Below, one piece after another: positions 38,882-50,816 of a DNA stretch of 64,000 nucleotides. This DNA is from Candidatus Omnitrophota bacterium (GTDB lineage: Bacteria > Omnitrophota > Gorgyraeia > Gygaellales > JBFMHM01). Made by a program: the position numbers and the translations under genes. The stretch is from assembly GCA_040753015.1 (NCBI GenBank), contig JBFMHM010000003.1:218-64217 (forward strand), in the 5' to 3' direction. The notes under the pieces were generated by a model. The model searched no databases. It worked only from the letters and a program-made list of their open reading frames with translations, and had not been told where the DNA came from. Positions within the stretch are counted from its first letter, which is position 1, and every line of letters starts with the position of its first letter.

Positions 38882-40527
38882 GACAATCCCTGTATCGTGC
38901 CATTATCATCTATATCAATTTTTTCAGCTTGAGGATTCTTTGGAAGCCCTGGCATCGTAAGAATATCCCCTAGTATCGCAGTAATAAACCTTGCCCCTGA
39001 ATTTATATGCAAATCTTTTATTGGAATAATAAAATCCTTTGGCCTGCCTTTTAAGATCGGATTATGTGATAAAGAAAATTGGGTTTTCGCCATACAAATA
39101 GGTAATTTATCAAAACCTTCTCTTTTATACAACAATATTTTTTTAAAAGCCTCATCTGAAATTTCTATATCTTTTGCGCCATAAATTTTAGTTGCAATCT
39201 TTCGCATCTTATCTTCGATAGAACTATCTAAAGAGTAAAGAAATTTAAATTCGTTTTTCTGATTCACTGCTTTTATGACTGCTTTTGCTAGATTGACTCC
39301 GCCTAAAGAACCATGATTATACATTGTTGATACAATACAATCAAATGCACCGAAATCTTTAGCCTTATTTTTAATTAAAGCTATTTCCTTATCGCTATCT
39401 TGATCGAACTTATTAATTACAACGATAGCCGGCAAGCCAAAAATTTTAATATTTTCAATCTGTTTTTCTAAGTTTACACAGCCCTCTTCAAGCGCTATTA
39501 AATCCTCCTTTAATAACCTATCATCATTATAATCTCTAAATCTGTTAGAATGTAATTTTAAAGCCCTGACTGTGCAAACAAGGACAACTGCATTTGGAAT
39601 CAATCCACTATAGCGGCATTTTATATTAAAAAATTTCTCTGCGCCACAGTCAGCGCCAAAACCAGCTTCGGTAACAACATAATTAGATAATTTAAGAGCA
39701 ATTTTATCAGCGATAATTGAGCTATTACCATGCGCAATATTTGCAAATGGTCCAGTATGTGCAAAACAAGGAGTATTTTCCTTAGTTTGTATTAAATTTG
39801 GTAAAATTGTATACTTTAAAAGCGCTGCCATTGCGCCTGTCACTTTTAGCTCCTTACTCTTTATAAATTTTCCATTCTTATTTTGAGCAACAATGATATC
39901 ATCTAAAGAATCGTGAAGCTCTTTTCTTGAATTTACTAAAGCCATGATTGCCATTAGCTCTGAACTAGGTGTTAGCTCAAAACCACTTTGATAAGAATAA
40001 TTCTTTGTCTCTATTTTTATATTGCGAAGAGATCTGTCAATTAGATCAGATACACGCCGTAAGAATATTTTTTGACAATCAATATTTAATGGATTGTTTC
40101 GATATAACGAGTTATCTATAAAAGATGCACATAAATTATGAGCTAACTCAATAGCAGTAAAATCTCCTAAGAAATTAAAACAAAAATCGTCTAAAGGAAT
40201 AATCTGACACTTGCCACCACCAGATGCTCCTTTTATACCAAATAACGGCCCCAAAGAAGGCTGCCTTATGCAAGCGAATGATTTTTTGCCTAGTCTATTT
40301 AAAGACATAGATAAGCCAAGGGTAGTTACGGTTTTTCCTTCACCTAAAGGAGTAGGAGTAATGCCAGTTACTAAAATATATTTTGAATTTTTATTTCTGG
40401 ATGGATTATCAAGACGTTTTAGGATAGAAATATCTACCTTGGCAATATAATTGCCAAATAGTTTAAGCTCGTGTTTTTTTATGCCAAATTTCGCGGCAAT
40501 TTTTTCGATCGGCAGGATTCTTCCCAT
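38878..40527 (-). CDS. fhs: formate--tetrahydrofolate ligase
   Basis: 549 aa. PTPLGEGKTVTTLGL P-loop region typical of FTHFS. Confidence 0.92.
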   Translation of the reverse strand: MGRILPIEKIAAKFGIKKHELKLFGNYIAKVDISILKRLDNPSRNKNSKYILVTGITPTPLGEGKTVTTLGLSMSLNRLGKKSFACIRQPSLGPLFGIKGASGGGKCQIIPLDDFCFNFLGDFTAIELAHNLCASFIDNSLYRNNPLNIDCQKIFLRRVSDLIDRSLRNIKIETKNYSYQSGFELTPSSELMAIMALVNSRKELHDSLDDIIVAQNKNGKFIKSKELKVTGAMAALLKYTILPNLIQTKENTPCFAHTGPFANIAHGNSSIIADKIALKLSNYVVTEAGFGADCGAEKFFNIKCRYSGLIPNAVVLVCTVRALKLHSNRFRDYNDDRLLKEDLIALEEGCVNLEKQIENIKIFGLPAIVVINKFDQDSDKEIALIKNKAKDFGAFDCIVSTMYNHGSLGGVNLAKAVIKAVNQKNEFKFLYSLDSSIEDKMRKIATKIYGAKDIEISDEAFKKILLYKREGFDKLPICMAKTQFSLSHNPILKGRPKDFIIPIKDLHINSGARFITAILGDILTMPGLPKNPQAEKIDIDDNGTIQGLS

Positions 40528-40529
40528 TA

Positions 40530-41108
40530 TTATTCTATAAACGTTTTTCTATGAATTGGGCATGGGCCGAATTTTTTCAAATACTTAAAATGCTCTTTAG
40601 TACCATAGCCCTTATTTTTATTAAAATTATAGTTAGGATAAATCTTATGATAAATATTCATAATCCTATCACGGTATACCTTAGCAATAATTGAAGCGCA
40701 GGCAATAGATAAACTTTTTGTGTCACCTTTTATAATTTTTTTTAGTGGATGCTCTAGGTTCAAATCAATATTACCATCAATTAATAAATAATCTGGCTTT
40801 GTTTTTAAATTCAAAACAGCTAATTCAAACGCTTTTTTTGTCGCTTTCAAAATATTAATTGCATCAATGATAGTTTCATTAACAATACCAAAAGCAAAAC
40901 TAGTTTTCTCAACTATCTCAAAGAACGCTTCTTCCCTTTGATGAGCACTAAGGCATTTAGAATCATAAATCCTATGCTTAAATTTCTTTTCTTTTAATAT
41001 AACTGCAGCTGTTACTACCGGGCCAGATAAAGCACCTCTGCCTACTTCGTCAAGGCCGCAAATAACATTATAGCCATTTTTGATAGCCTTTGACTCATAG
41101 TAAAACAC
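40530..41108 (-). CDS. rnhB: ribonuclease HII
   Basis: GLDEVGRGAL active-site motif. 192 aa. Confidence 0.9.
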   Translation of the reverse strand: MFYYESKAIKNGYNVICGLDEVGRGALSGPVVTAAVILKEKKFKHRIYDSKCLSAHQREEAFFEIVEKTSFAFGIVNETIIDAINILKATKKAFELAVLNLKTKPDYLLIDGNIDLNLEHPLKKIIKGDTKSLSIACASIIAKVYRDRIMNIYHKIYPNYNFNKNKGYGTKEHFKYLKKFGPCPIHRKTFIE

Positions 41109-41452
41109 TAAATGCCTTCTATTTTACTCGCCTTCTGACTCACTGTTTTGCGTAAATAATATAACTTAGACCTCTTAACTCTACCCTTTTTCACAATCTC
41201 AATTGAGTCGACATTTGGAGAATTAACTGGAAAAACACGCTCAACACCCTCTCCATAAGATACCTTGCGAACAGTTATAGAAGTTTTAATCCCCATGCCA
41301 TTTTTTGCAATAATTAAACCTTCGAAAGGCTGCAACCTATATTTATCTTCGGCTTCTTTCAACCTAACTAAAACTCTTACTTGATCTCCAACTTTAAAAT
41401 CTGGCAATTCTTTTTTTATCAAATCTTTCTCAATTTCTCTAATTTTTTGCAT
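41108..41452 (-). CDS. rplS: 50S ribosomal protein L19
   Basis: 114 aa. [10 protein letters not shown] motif. Downstream of trmD as in the conserved operon. Confidence 0.9.
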   Translation of the reverse strand: MQKIREIEKDLIKKELPDFKVGDQVRVLVRLKEAEDKYRLQPFEGLIIAKNGMGIKTSITVRKVSYGEGVERVFPVNSPNVDSIEIVKKGRVKRSKLYYLRKTVSQKASKIEGI

Positions 41453-42126
41453 TTTTTACCTCCGTTCAATAAATCCGGCCTTATTTGTTTTGTCTTTTTT
41501 AAAGATTGAATCTTCCGCCATTGCTCAATTTGTTTATGGTCTCCTGATAAAAGGATCTTTGGAACCTTCAAACCACGAAAATTAGCTGGGCGGGTATATT
41601 GAGGATACTCGAGTAGATTAGCGCAAAATGATTCAAATGTCAATGATTCATTTCTACCAACTACACCCTTAATTAACCTTGCCACAGCATCAACAATAAC
41701 CAACGATGGTATCTCTCCCCCAGTCAATACATAATCACCAATTGATATTTCTTCATCAATAATCGCTTTAACGCGCTCATCCACTCCTTCGTAATGCCCG
41801 CAAATTAAAATCAAGTGCCTGTATTTTGATAGGCGCATAGCCTCTTTCTGGTTAAAAAGCCTGCCAGAAGCTGACAGCAGTATTACTCTGGTATTTTTTT
41901 TACGCAGAGTACTAACTGCGCGAAAGATTGGCTCTGCACAAAATACCATTCCCGGCCCTCCGCCAAACGGCCTATCATCAACTTTTTTATGCTTATCAAG
42001 AGTATAATCCCTTAAATTATGAACCTTAATAGAAACTATACCTTTCTTTTGCGCACGTCCAAGTATCGACTCGCTAATAATTGGCTCTAAGCTTTTTGGA
42101 AAAATAGTTATGATATCAAATTTCAT
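41419..42126 (-). CDS. trmD: tRNA (guanine37-N1)-methyltransferase
   Basis: [11 protein letters not shown]-terminus and SPOUT knot region. 235 aa. Confidence 0.9.
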   Translation of the reverse strand: MKFDIITIFPKSLEPIISESILGRAQKKGIVSIKVHNLRDYTLDKHKKVDDRPFGGGPGMVFCAEPIFRAVSTLRKKNTRVILLSASGRLFNQKEAMRLSKYRHLILICGHYEGVDERVKAIIDEEISIGDYVLTGGEIPSLVIVDAVARLIKGVVGRNESLTFESFCANLLEYPQYTRPANFRGLKVPKILLSGDHKQIEQWRKIQSLKKTKQIRPDLLNGGKKCKKLEKLRKI

Positions 42127-42147
42127 ATCTTTCTAGCATACAACAAC

Positions 42148-43329
42148 TTAAATTAACCCGCTAAGAAATTTACTTGCATCAATAACGCGAATATTATCTT
42201 TTAAAATATCAATTCCTTCTTCCTTTATAATTTGATAACTAAAAGGAATTTTAAGTTTTTCGTTAAAATACTTGAGATGGCTAGAAATTTCTTTCGATGA
42301 GTTTTTGACTTCAGCAGAAAACCATGGTTTACCATCTACTGTAACTAAGAAATCAACTTCTCTTTGTTCTTTATCACGTAAATAGTATAGTTCTAATCTA
42401 TAACCTTCGGCATCAAATATAAAATTACAAAATTTCAAAAGATGGCTAGCAACTATATTTTCAAGCTTTATGTCATCATCTTTAATTTCAGACCAATCCC
42501 AAAGATAAAGCTTTGGTTCTTTTCTAAGTGATTTTATTAAATTACTATTAAAAGGGTATATTCGAAAGTGATAGTAGAATTTTTCTAAGATATCTACCCA
42601 ATGTGATAATGTTTTATGCGTAGTATTTAGATCTTCACGTAAAGAATTTAGGGAAAACAACGAGCCAACTTTTGATGGTAAAAGTTCAACCAATACTTCT
42701 AAGGCGGATAGATCTCTTAAATTTTCAATATCACGGATATCTTCTTTAATTAGCCTATCTACTCTTTCGTTATGCCACCGCCTTAATTCTTTTTCATTTT
42801 TGCTTAGAAAAACTTCCGGAAATCCACCAAACTTAAAAAGATTATTAAAAATTTCGCTTTGTTTATTTGTGTTGTTCGTAAAATTCAATTCATGAAATGG
42901 CACGAAAGAAGAATTATAATCCATTACTTCTGCCAAAGAAAACGGATGCAAACGGTATAAATGATACCTGCCTAATAAAGAATCTCCGCCTTTTCTAAAA
43001 ATATCTAGCCTAGCACTTCCGGTTACAATAATATTGCATTTTTCTTTATACTTATCATATTGGCCTTTTAAATAATTCTTCCAAACTTTATATTTGTGTA
43101 TTTCATCGAATATTAATAATCTTTTGTCGGCCTCGAAAGCTAAATCCAATATTTTCCTTCTGTCTTGACGCGCATCCCAATTTAAATATTCATATTTTTT
43201 ATCAAAATAATTATTACCGAGAAGCTTCGCAAGGGTAGTCTTGCCTACCTGCCTTGGCCCGCTAATAAAAACCATTTTCGCCTTTAGATCTTCAAAGATT
43301 TTATTCTCTAGGTATCTTTTAATCATCAT
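42148..43329 (-). CDS. AAA+ ATPase with DUF4143-type C-terminal domain (paralog 2)
   Basis: Walker A GPRQVGKTTLAK, Walker B LIFDEIHKY. 393 aa. Same architecture as the ORF at 12378..13673 but highly divergent in sequence. Confidence 0.75.
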   Translation of the reverse strand: MMIKRYLENKIFEDLKAKMVFISGPRQVGKTTLAKLLGNNYFDKKYEYLNWDARQDRRKILDLAFEADKRLLIFDEIHKYKVWKNYLKGQYDKYKEKCNIIVTGSARLDIFRKGGDSLLGRYHLYRLHPFSLAEVMDYNSSFVPFHELNFTNNTNKQSEIFNNLFKFGGFPEVFLSKNEKELRRWHNERVDRLIKEDIRDIENLRDLSALEVLVELLPSKVGSLFSLNSLREDLNTTHKTLSHWVDILEKFYYHFRIYPFNSNLIKSLRKEPKLYLWDWSEIKDDDIKLENIVASHLLKFCNFIFDAEGYRLELYYLRDKEQREVDFLVTVDGKPWFSAEVKNSSKEISSHLKYFNEKLKIPFSYQIIKEEGIDILKDNIRVIDASKFLSGLI

Positions 43330-43419
43330 TGCACCTCTCCTACAAATTATACCGAAGTATAATTTTTTGTCAAGATTTTTCTACTTTGGTAAAAATAATT
43401 AGAGGAGATATCGTAATCG

Positions 43420-45537
<2,118 letters not shown>

Positions 45538-45557
<20 letters not shown>

Positions 45558-46083
45558 TTATCTTCCGCTCTTTTATAGAATAACTACAGCCACAATATTT
45601 TTGCAAATAGAGATTATTTTCGCGAGCTTCTATACGCGAATTTACAAACCCTCTGCGAAAATCATAATAAAAAAACTTAACACCTGTTTTTGATGCAATA
45701 TCCTCACCCAATTGTCTTAAATTACCATGATTCTGGTAAGGGCTAACTAAAAGCGTAGTTGTGAAATATTCAAAATTTAATTCTTTAGCTATTTTAGCTG
45801 TCTTTTTAAGACGTAACTCATAACAAAGACTACATCTCTTATTTCTTTCTTCGTTATCAGATATATAATCAAAAAATTCATTTGAATTATATCTCTCTTC
45901 TATCATATTAATATTAGCTTTTTTTAAATAAAGTTGCGCAGACCCTAACCTTAAATTATATTCGCTTTCCGGATGAATATTGGGATTATAAAAAAATCCC
46001 GTAATATTAAAGTTATTTTCTTTTAGGATTTTATAAGGATAAATTAGGCATGGGCCGCAACAAATATGAACTAATAATTCCAT
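45538..46083 (-). CDS. queH: epoxyqueuosine reductase QueH (DUF208)
   Basis: N-terminal HICCGPC motif and further Cys residues. 181 aa. Clustered with queA and tgt. Confidence 0.85.
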
Positions 46084-46089
46084 ATATAT

Positions 46090-47127
46090 CTAGAACAATT
46101 CTTTTTGGAGTTTTTTGCTAGTTAAATTTAGATGTTTGAAAGAAAGCTCTGTAGCCTCCCTGCCGCGAGGAGTACGTTTAATAAACCCTGCTTTCAATAA
46201 AAACGGTTCGATAGTATCAATAAGGGTATCGTTTTCTTCATTTAGAGTTGCCGCTAAAGACTCCACGCCAACCGGACCGCCATTATAATTATCAATTAAA
46301 ACTTTTAGAAATTTTCTATCAAATTCATCAAGCCCCGCACTATCTATGCCTAATCTTTTCAAGGCATCTATGGCGCATTCGGAGTCAACTGTCTCAATTT
46401 TTTTAACCTGCGCATAATCTCTTATCCTACGCACTAACCTATTTGCAATTCGCGGCGTGCCGCGAGATCTTTTAGCTATTTCGCCTGCCGCATCATTATC
46501 TATTTTTAAATTAAGGAGCGAACTTGAATTTTTAATTATTTTTTTGAGATCGTCGTCGCTATAAAAATCAACATGGTGAAAAAGCCCAAACCTGGTCCTC
46601 AAAGGGCTGGATAAAAGGCCGGTTCTTGTAGTTGCACCTACTAATGTAAAAGGTTTTAAATTAAATTTGATTGTCTTTGCATACGGCCCCTTATCAATAA
46701 CAAAATCGATCTGAAATTCTTCCATCGCTGGATATAAAAATTCCTCAACTACTTTAGAAAGCCTATGAATTTCGTCGATGAATAATATATCGCCTTTTTC
46801 TAGATTAGTAAGTATACCTATTAGATCGCCTGCCTTCGCAATTGCTGGGCCTGAAGTTGCAGTAATCTTTGTATTCATCTCATGCGCAACTATGTGAGCA
46901 AGCGTAGTTTTACCAAGCCCTGGCGGGCCTGATAAAAGTAAATGCTCAAGCTGCTCGTTTCTTTGACGAGCTGCAGTTATAGAAATATTCAAATTATCAA
47001 TAATTGCTTTTTGCCCGACAAAATCAGTTAAATTTTTCGGCCGAAGCGACAAATTTAATACAACATCTTCCTCAGACTCAATATTTTTGAATACTGGATT
47101 TATTATATCTAAATCTTTTTCTTTCAT
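46090..47127 (-). CDS. ruvB: Holliday junction branch migration ATPase RuvB
   Basis: Walker A LLSGPPGLGKTTLA. 345 aa. Confidence 0.92.
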   Translation of the reverse strand: MKEKDLDIINPVFKNIESEEDVVLNLSLRPKNLTDFVGQKAIIDNLNISITAARQRNEQLEHLLLSGPPGLGKTTLAHIVAHEMNTKITATSGPAIAKAGDLIGILTNLEKGDILFIDEIHRLSKVVEEFLYPAMEEFQIDFVIDKGPYAKTIKFNLKPFTLVGATTRTGLLSSPLRTRFGLFHHVDFYSDDDLKKIIKNSSSLLNLKIDNDAAGEIAKRSRGTPRIANRLVRRIRDYAQVKKIETVDSECAIDALKRLGIDSAGLDEFDRKFLKVLIDNYNGGPVGVESLAATLNEENDTLIDTIEPFLLKAGFIKRTPRGREATELSFKHLNLTSKKLQKELF

Positions 47128-47861
47128 TATTTTTCTAAAGGGATTATATTACGGTCGTTTTTAACAATTTCGATATCGCCAAAAACTGTATTTTGCATTA
47201 CACCTATTTCTCTTAAACGTATTAATTCTAAAATCGCTAAGAATGTAGCTACAATTTCTAATTTGTTTTTTGTTTTGTTAAACAGCTCGTTTATTTTTAG
47301 TTTTGGTTCAATTAAAAGCAAATGTAAAATACTATGCATTTTTTCGCTAACCGTAAACTCATCCTTAATGACTTCGATAAATATATCTTTTGGTATTTCA
47401 GAAAGGGCTTTAGAAAAAGCATTTATTAATTCAAAAAGGCTGGCCTCAAAGTAAACTTCGCTATCTTTATCTTCAGGTAAGCCTATAGTTTTTCTTGTAA
47501 ATACTTCTTGGCGTTTTTCTTCATGGTTACGTAAAAGCTTGGCTACTTCTTTGTAACGTTGGTATTCAATAAGCTTCTCAATAAGCTCTTCTCTGGGGTC
47601 TATCTCTTCAGGCAATTCGGCTGTTTCTTGTTTAGGCAAAAGCATCTGTGATTTAATCTTCATTAATGTTGCTGCCATGACTAGAAATTCACCAGCTATC
47701 TCTAGATCAAGAAGTCTAAATAATTCTATGTATTCAAGATATTGTTCGGTAACTCTTGCGATAGGAATATCATAAATATTCAAATGGTCTTTTTTTACTA
47801 AATATAAAAGTAAATCTAAAGGCCCTTCAAACATTTCTAATTTTATCTTATACCTACTCAT
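47127..47861 (-). CDS. scpA: segregation and condensation protein A (kleisin)
   Basis: FEGPLDLLLYLVKKDHLNIYDIPIARVTEQYL N-terminus. 244 aa. Confidence 0.85.
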   Translation of the reverse strand: MSRYKIKLEMFEGPLDLLLYLVKKDHLNIYDIPIARVTEQYLEYIELFRLLDLEIAGEFLVMAATLMKIKSQMLLPKQETAELPEEIDPREELIEKLIEYQRYKEVAKLLRNHEEKRQEVFTRKTIGLPEDKDSEVYFEASLFELINAFSKALSEIPKDIFIEVIKDEFTVSEKMHSILHLLLIEPKLKINELFNKTKNKLEIVATFLAILELIRLREIGVMQNTVFGDIEIVKNDRNIIPLEK

Positions 47862-48849
47862 ATACTAGACTGACTGCCTTCATCGCATCCGAAAGTGTTT
47901 GGCCGGCAGTTTCAGAAGCCCGCTTTTTTCCTTCTTCTAAAATATCTTTTAAAGTTTTTTTATCTTTTAAAATACTCTGGCGTTTGACAAAAATCGGCTC
48001 AAGTTTATTATATAAAAGTTCACTAAGTTTTTTTTTGCATTCTGTGCAGCCAATCTTTGCATTCTCGCAGAGCGGCTGAAGCTCTTTTGTTCTTTCAGGC
48101 AGAAAAACCGAAATATAACTAAACACATTACATTCTTTTGGATGGCCAGAATCTGCGAGTTTTATCCTTTTTGGATCAGTAAACATCTTTTGCATCTTAG
48201 CCATAAATTCGTCTTTTGAATCAGAAAAATTAATTGTATTGCCATAGCTCTTGCTCATCTTACGGCCATCTAAGCCTAAAAGTTTTGGTACTTTCGACAA
48301 GAACGCTTCTGGCTCTGGAAAGGTTTCTTTATACAAATTATTAAACCGTCTAGCAATTTCTCTAGTTAATTCTAGATGTGGAATTTGATCTTGACCTACC
48401 GGAACAAAATTGGCTCTATACAAAAGGATGTCTGCAGCCTGTAAAACTGGATAACCTAAAAACGCATAGGTCTGAATATCTCTATCTTTAATTTCTCGAA
48501 GTTGTTCTTTATAAGTTGGACAACGTTCAAGCCAGCCAAGCGGCGTAAGACAAGATAGAAACATATTTAGATAAAGATGCTCTTTGACCCCTGACTGCAC
48601 AAAAATTACCGATTTATCTGGATCAATACCACAAGCAATCCAAGTTGCTACATTATCAAAGATGTAATTTTTTATATTAGACGGATTTTCATATTCACTC
48701 ATTAAAGCATGCCAATCGGCAACCATAAAAAAACAACTATATTCTTCTTGCAGTTTAACCCAATTATTTATTGCCCCAACTAAATGCCCTAAATGAAGGC
48801 ATCCTGTCGGGCGCATTCCGCTTAAGACTATTTTTTTCGATTGATTCAT
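47854..48849 (-). CDS. trpS: tryptophan--tRNA ligase
   Basis: HLGH (GCLHLGHLVGA) and KMSKS motifs. 331 aa. Confidence 0.92.
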   Translation of the reverse strand: MNQSKKIVLSGMRPTGCLHLGHLVGAINNWVKLQEEYSCFFMVADWHALMSEYENPSNIKNYIFDNVATWIACGIDPDKSVIFVQSGVKEHLYLNMFLSCLTPLGWLERCPTYKEQLREIKDRDIQTYAFLGYPVLQAADILLYRANFVPVGQDQIPHLELTREIARRFNNLYKETFPEPEAFLSKVPKLLGLDGRKMSKSYGNTINFSDSKDEFMAKMQKMFTDPKRIKLADSGHPKECNVFSYISVFLPERTKELQPLCENAKIGCTECKKKLSELLYNKLEPIFVKRQSILKDKKTLKDILEEGKKRASETAGQTLSDAMKAVSLVYE

Positions 48850-50810
48850 ATTTTACGTGCTATCTTTTGAATCTCAAAGGCATCAATACAATCATTTTCT
48901 TGATAATCTTCAAATTTTTCTAGACTAATACCACATTCAAAACCAGTCTCGACACTACGCACATCATCTTTAAATCTTTTTAAAGCAGAAATTTTTCCTT
49001 CATAGATAACTGCACCATTTCTAACTAAAGAAACCGCTGCGTTCCTATTAATTACACCACGCTCTACAAAACATCCGGCAACATTTCCTGCCTTAGAAGT
49101 TTTAAATACTTTACGGATAATTGCCCTGCCAATAAATACTTTTTTAATTTTTGGCTCTAATAAACCCTCAAGCGCAGCCTTAATATCCTTTATTAATTCA
49201 TAAATTATATTATAAGTTCGAACATCAATATCTTCCTTTTTAATTTCCTCTTCTGCACGGTCTTCGATATTAACGTTAAAACCAATAATGATTGCGCTAG
49301 ATGCGCTTGCTAATACAACATCCGAAGTATTAATTGAACCTACTCCTTTATGAATAATATGTATTTTTATTTCGGGATGTTGGATATTTTTCAAGGATTC
49401 ATCGATTGCCTCAAGCGACCCTTGCGTATCTGCCTTTAGAATAACAGCAAGATCTTTAATCTTATGCTCTTTGATCTGCTGATATAAATCATCTAAACTG
49501 ATCTTTTTAACTTTTTGCTGTTCTTTGAGCTTGAAAGAATCTTTTCGTTTTTCTAAAAATTCTTTCGCCTGTCTCTCGTCAGTTACAACAAAAAATTGTT
49601 CTCCGGCTAAAGGGGTACCGTCAAAACCTAAAATCTCAACAGGAGTTGCGGGTGGCGCTATTTTTACCGCATGCCCCCTATCATCATACATTGCTCTAAC
49701 TTTTGCAAAATAATGCCCAGCAATAAGCATATCGCCAATATTAAGCGTGCCATCCTGAACAAGAACAGTAGCAACCGGGCCTCTACCTTTTGTTATTTTA
49801 GATTCCAGAACTACACCTTGCGCTCTTTTCTCATAATTTGCTTTTAATTCAAGCATCTCTGCCTCAAGTAAAAGCATCTCTAAAAGGTTATCAATTCCTT
49901 CTTTTGTCTTCGCGGAAACACCAACCATAATTGTCTTACCGCCCCAATCTTCGGCTAAAAGTCCATATTCTGAAAGTTGCTTTTTTATACGATCAACATC
50001 GGCCTGTGGTTTATCGATTTTATTAATTGCAACAACGATTGGCACTTCTGCAGCCTTAGCATGATCAATAGCTTCAATTGTTTGAGGCATAACACCATCA
50101 TCGGCTGCTACAACTAAAATAACAATGTCAGTAGCTTTCGCTCCACGAGCACGCATTGCAGTAAATGCTTCATGACCAGGAGTATCTAAAAATGTTATTT
50201 TGCCTCTTTTTGTGCTCACCTCATAAGCGCCTATAGCCTGGGTTATACCACCATGTTCGGCATCGGCAACCTTACTTATTCTTATTGCATCTAAAAGCGA
50301 AGTTTTCCCATGGTCTACATGGCCCATTAAAGTAACAACCGGCCAGCGCGGCTTTAGGTTATCCTTACTTTCGTCCGTGTGCGTCTGCAAAAGACGCTCT
50401 TCAATAGTAGCGGCCTTTTTTACTGTAAAGCCATAATCTGCAATAACCTTTGTAATAATTTCTTCATCTAGCATCTGATTTAAAGTCGCCATGATCCGCA
50501 TGTCCATCAACTTTTTAATTAAAATGCTCGGTTTAACTGCAAGCTTAACCGAAAGATCCTTGAGTGCGATTGGTATATCTAGCTCAAGATACTTTAATCC
50601 GCTCGATACTACAGTTTCTTTGATACAGACATCCTCTTTTGGTTTATCCTGAACTTTCGGTGGTTCTATTTTTGGTTTAGTCAATCTATCAATTGCTTCA
50701 TCTGGAACACTAGACATATGCCCTTTGACTGAAAAACCTAATGTATTCAATTTATCGATTAAATCTTTACTTGTAATATTTAATTTTTTTGATAACTCGT
50801 GGACTCTCAT
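48846..50810 (-). CDS. infB: translation initiation factor IF-2
   Basis: G-domain motifs GHVDHGKTS, DTPGH and NKID. 654 aa. Confidence 0.92.
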   Translation of the reverse strand: MRVHELSKKLNITSKDLIDKLNTLGFSVKGHMSSVPDEAIDRLTKPKIEPPKVQDKPKEDVCIKETVVSSGLKYLELDIPIALKDLSVKLAVKPSILIKKLMDMRIMATLNQMLDEEIITKVIADYGFTVKKAATIEERLLQTHTDESKDNLKPRWPVVTLMGHVDHGKTSLLDAIRISKVADAEHGGITQAIGAYEVSTKRGKITFLDTPGHEAFTAMRARGAKATDIVILVVAADDGVMPQTIEAIDHAKAAEVPIVVAINKIDKPQADVDRIKKQLSEYGLLAEDWGGKTIMVGVSAKTKEGIDNLLEMLLLEAEMLELKANYEKRAQGVVLESKITKGRGPVATVLVQDGTLNIGDMLIAGHYFAKVRAMYDDRGHAVKIAPPATPVEILGFDGTPLAGEQFFVVTDERQAKEFLEKRKDSFKLKEQQKVKKISLDDLYQQIKEHKIKDLAVILKADTQGSLEAIDESLKNIQHPEIKIHIIHKGVGSINTSDVVLASASSAIIIGFNVNIEDRAEEEIKKEDIDVRTYNIIYELIKDIKAALEGLLEPKIKKVFIGRAIIRKVFKTSKAGNVAGCFVERGVINRNAAVSLVRNGAVIYEGKISALKRFKDDVRSVETGFECGISLEKFEDYQENDCIDAFEIQKIARKI

Positions 50811-50816
50811 ATTTAA

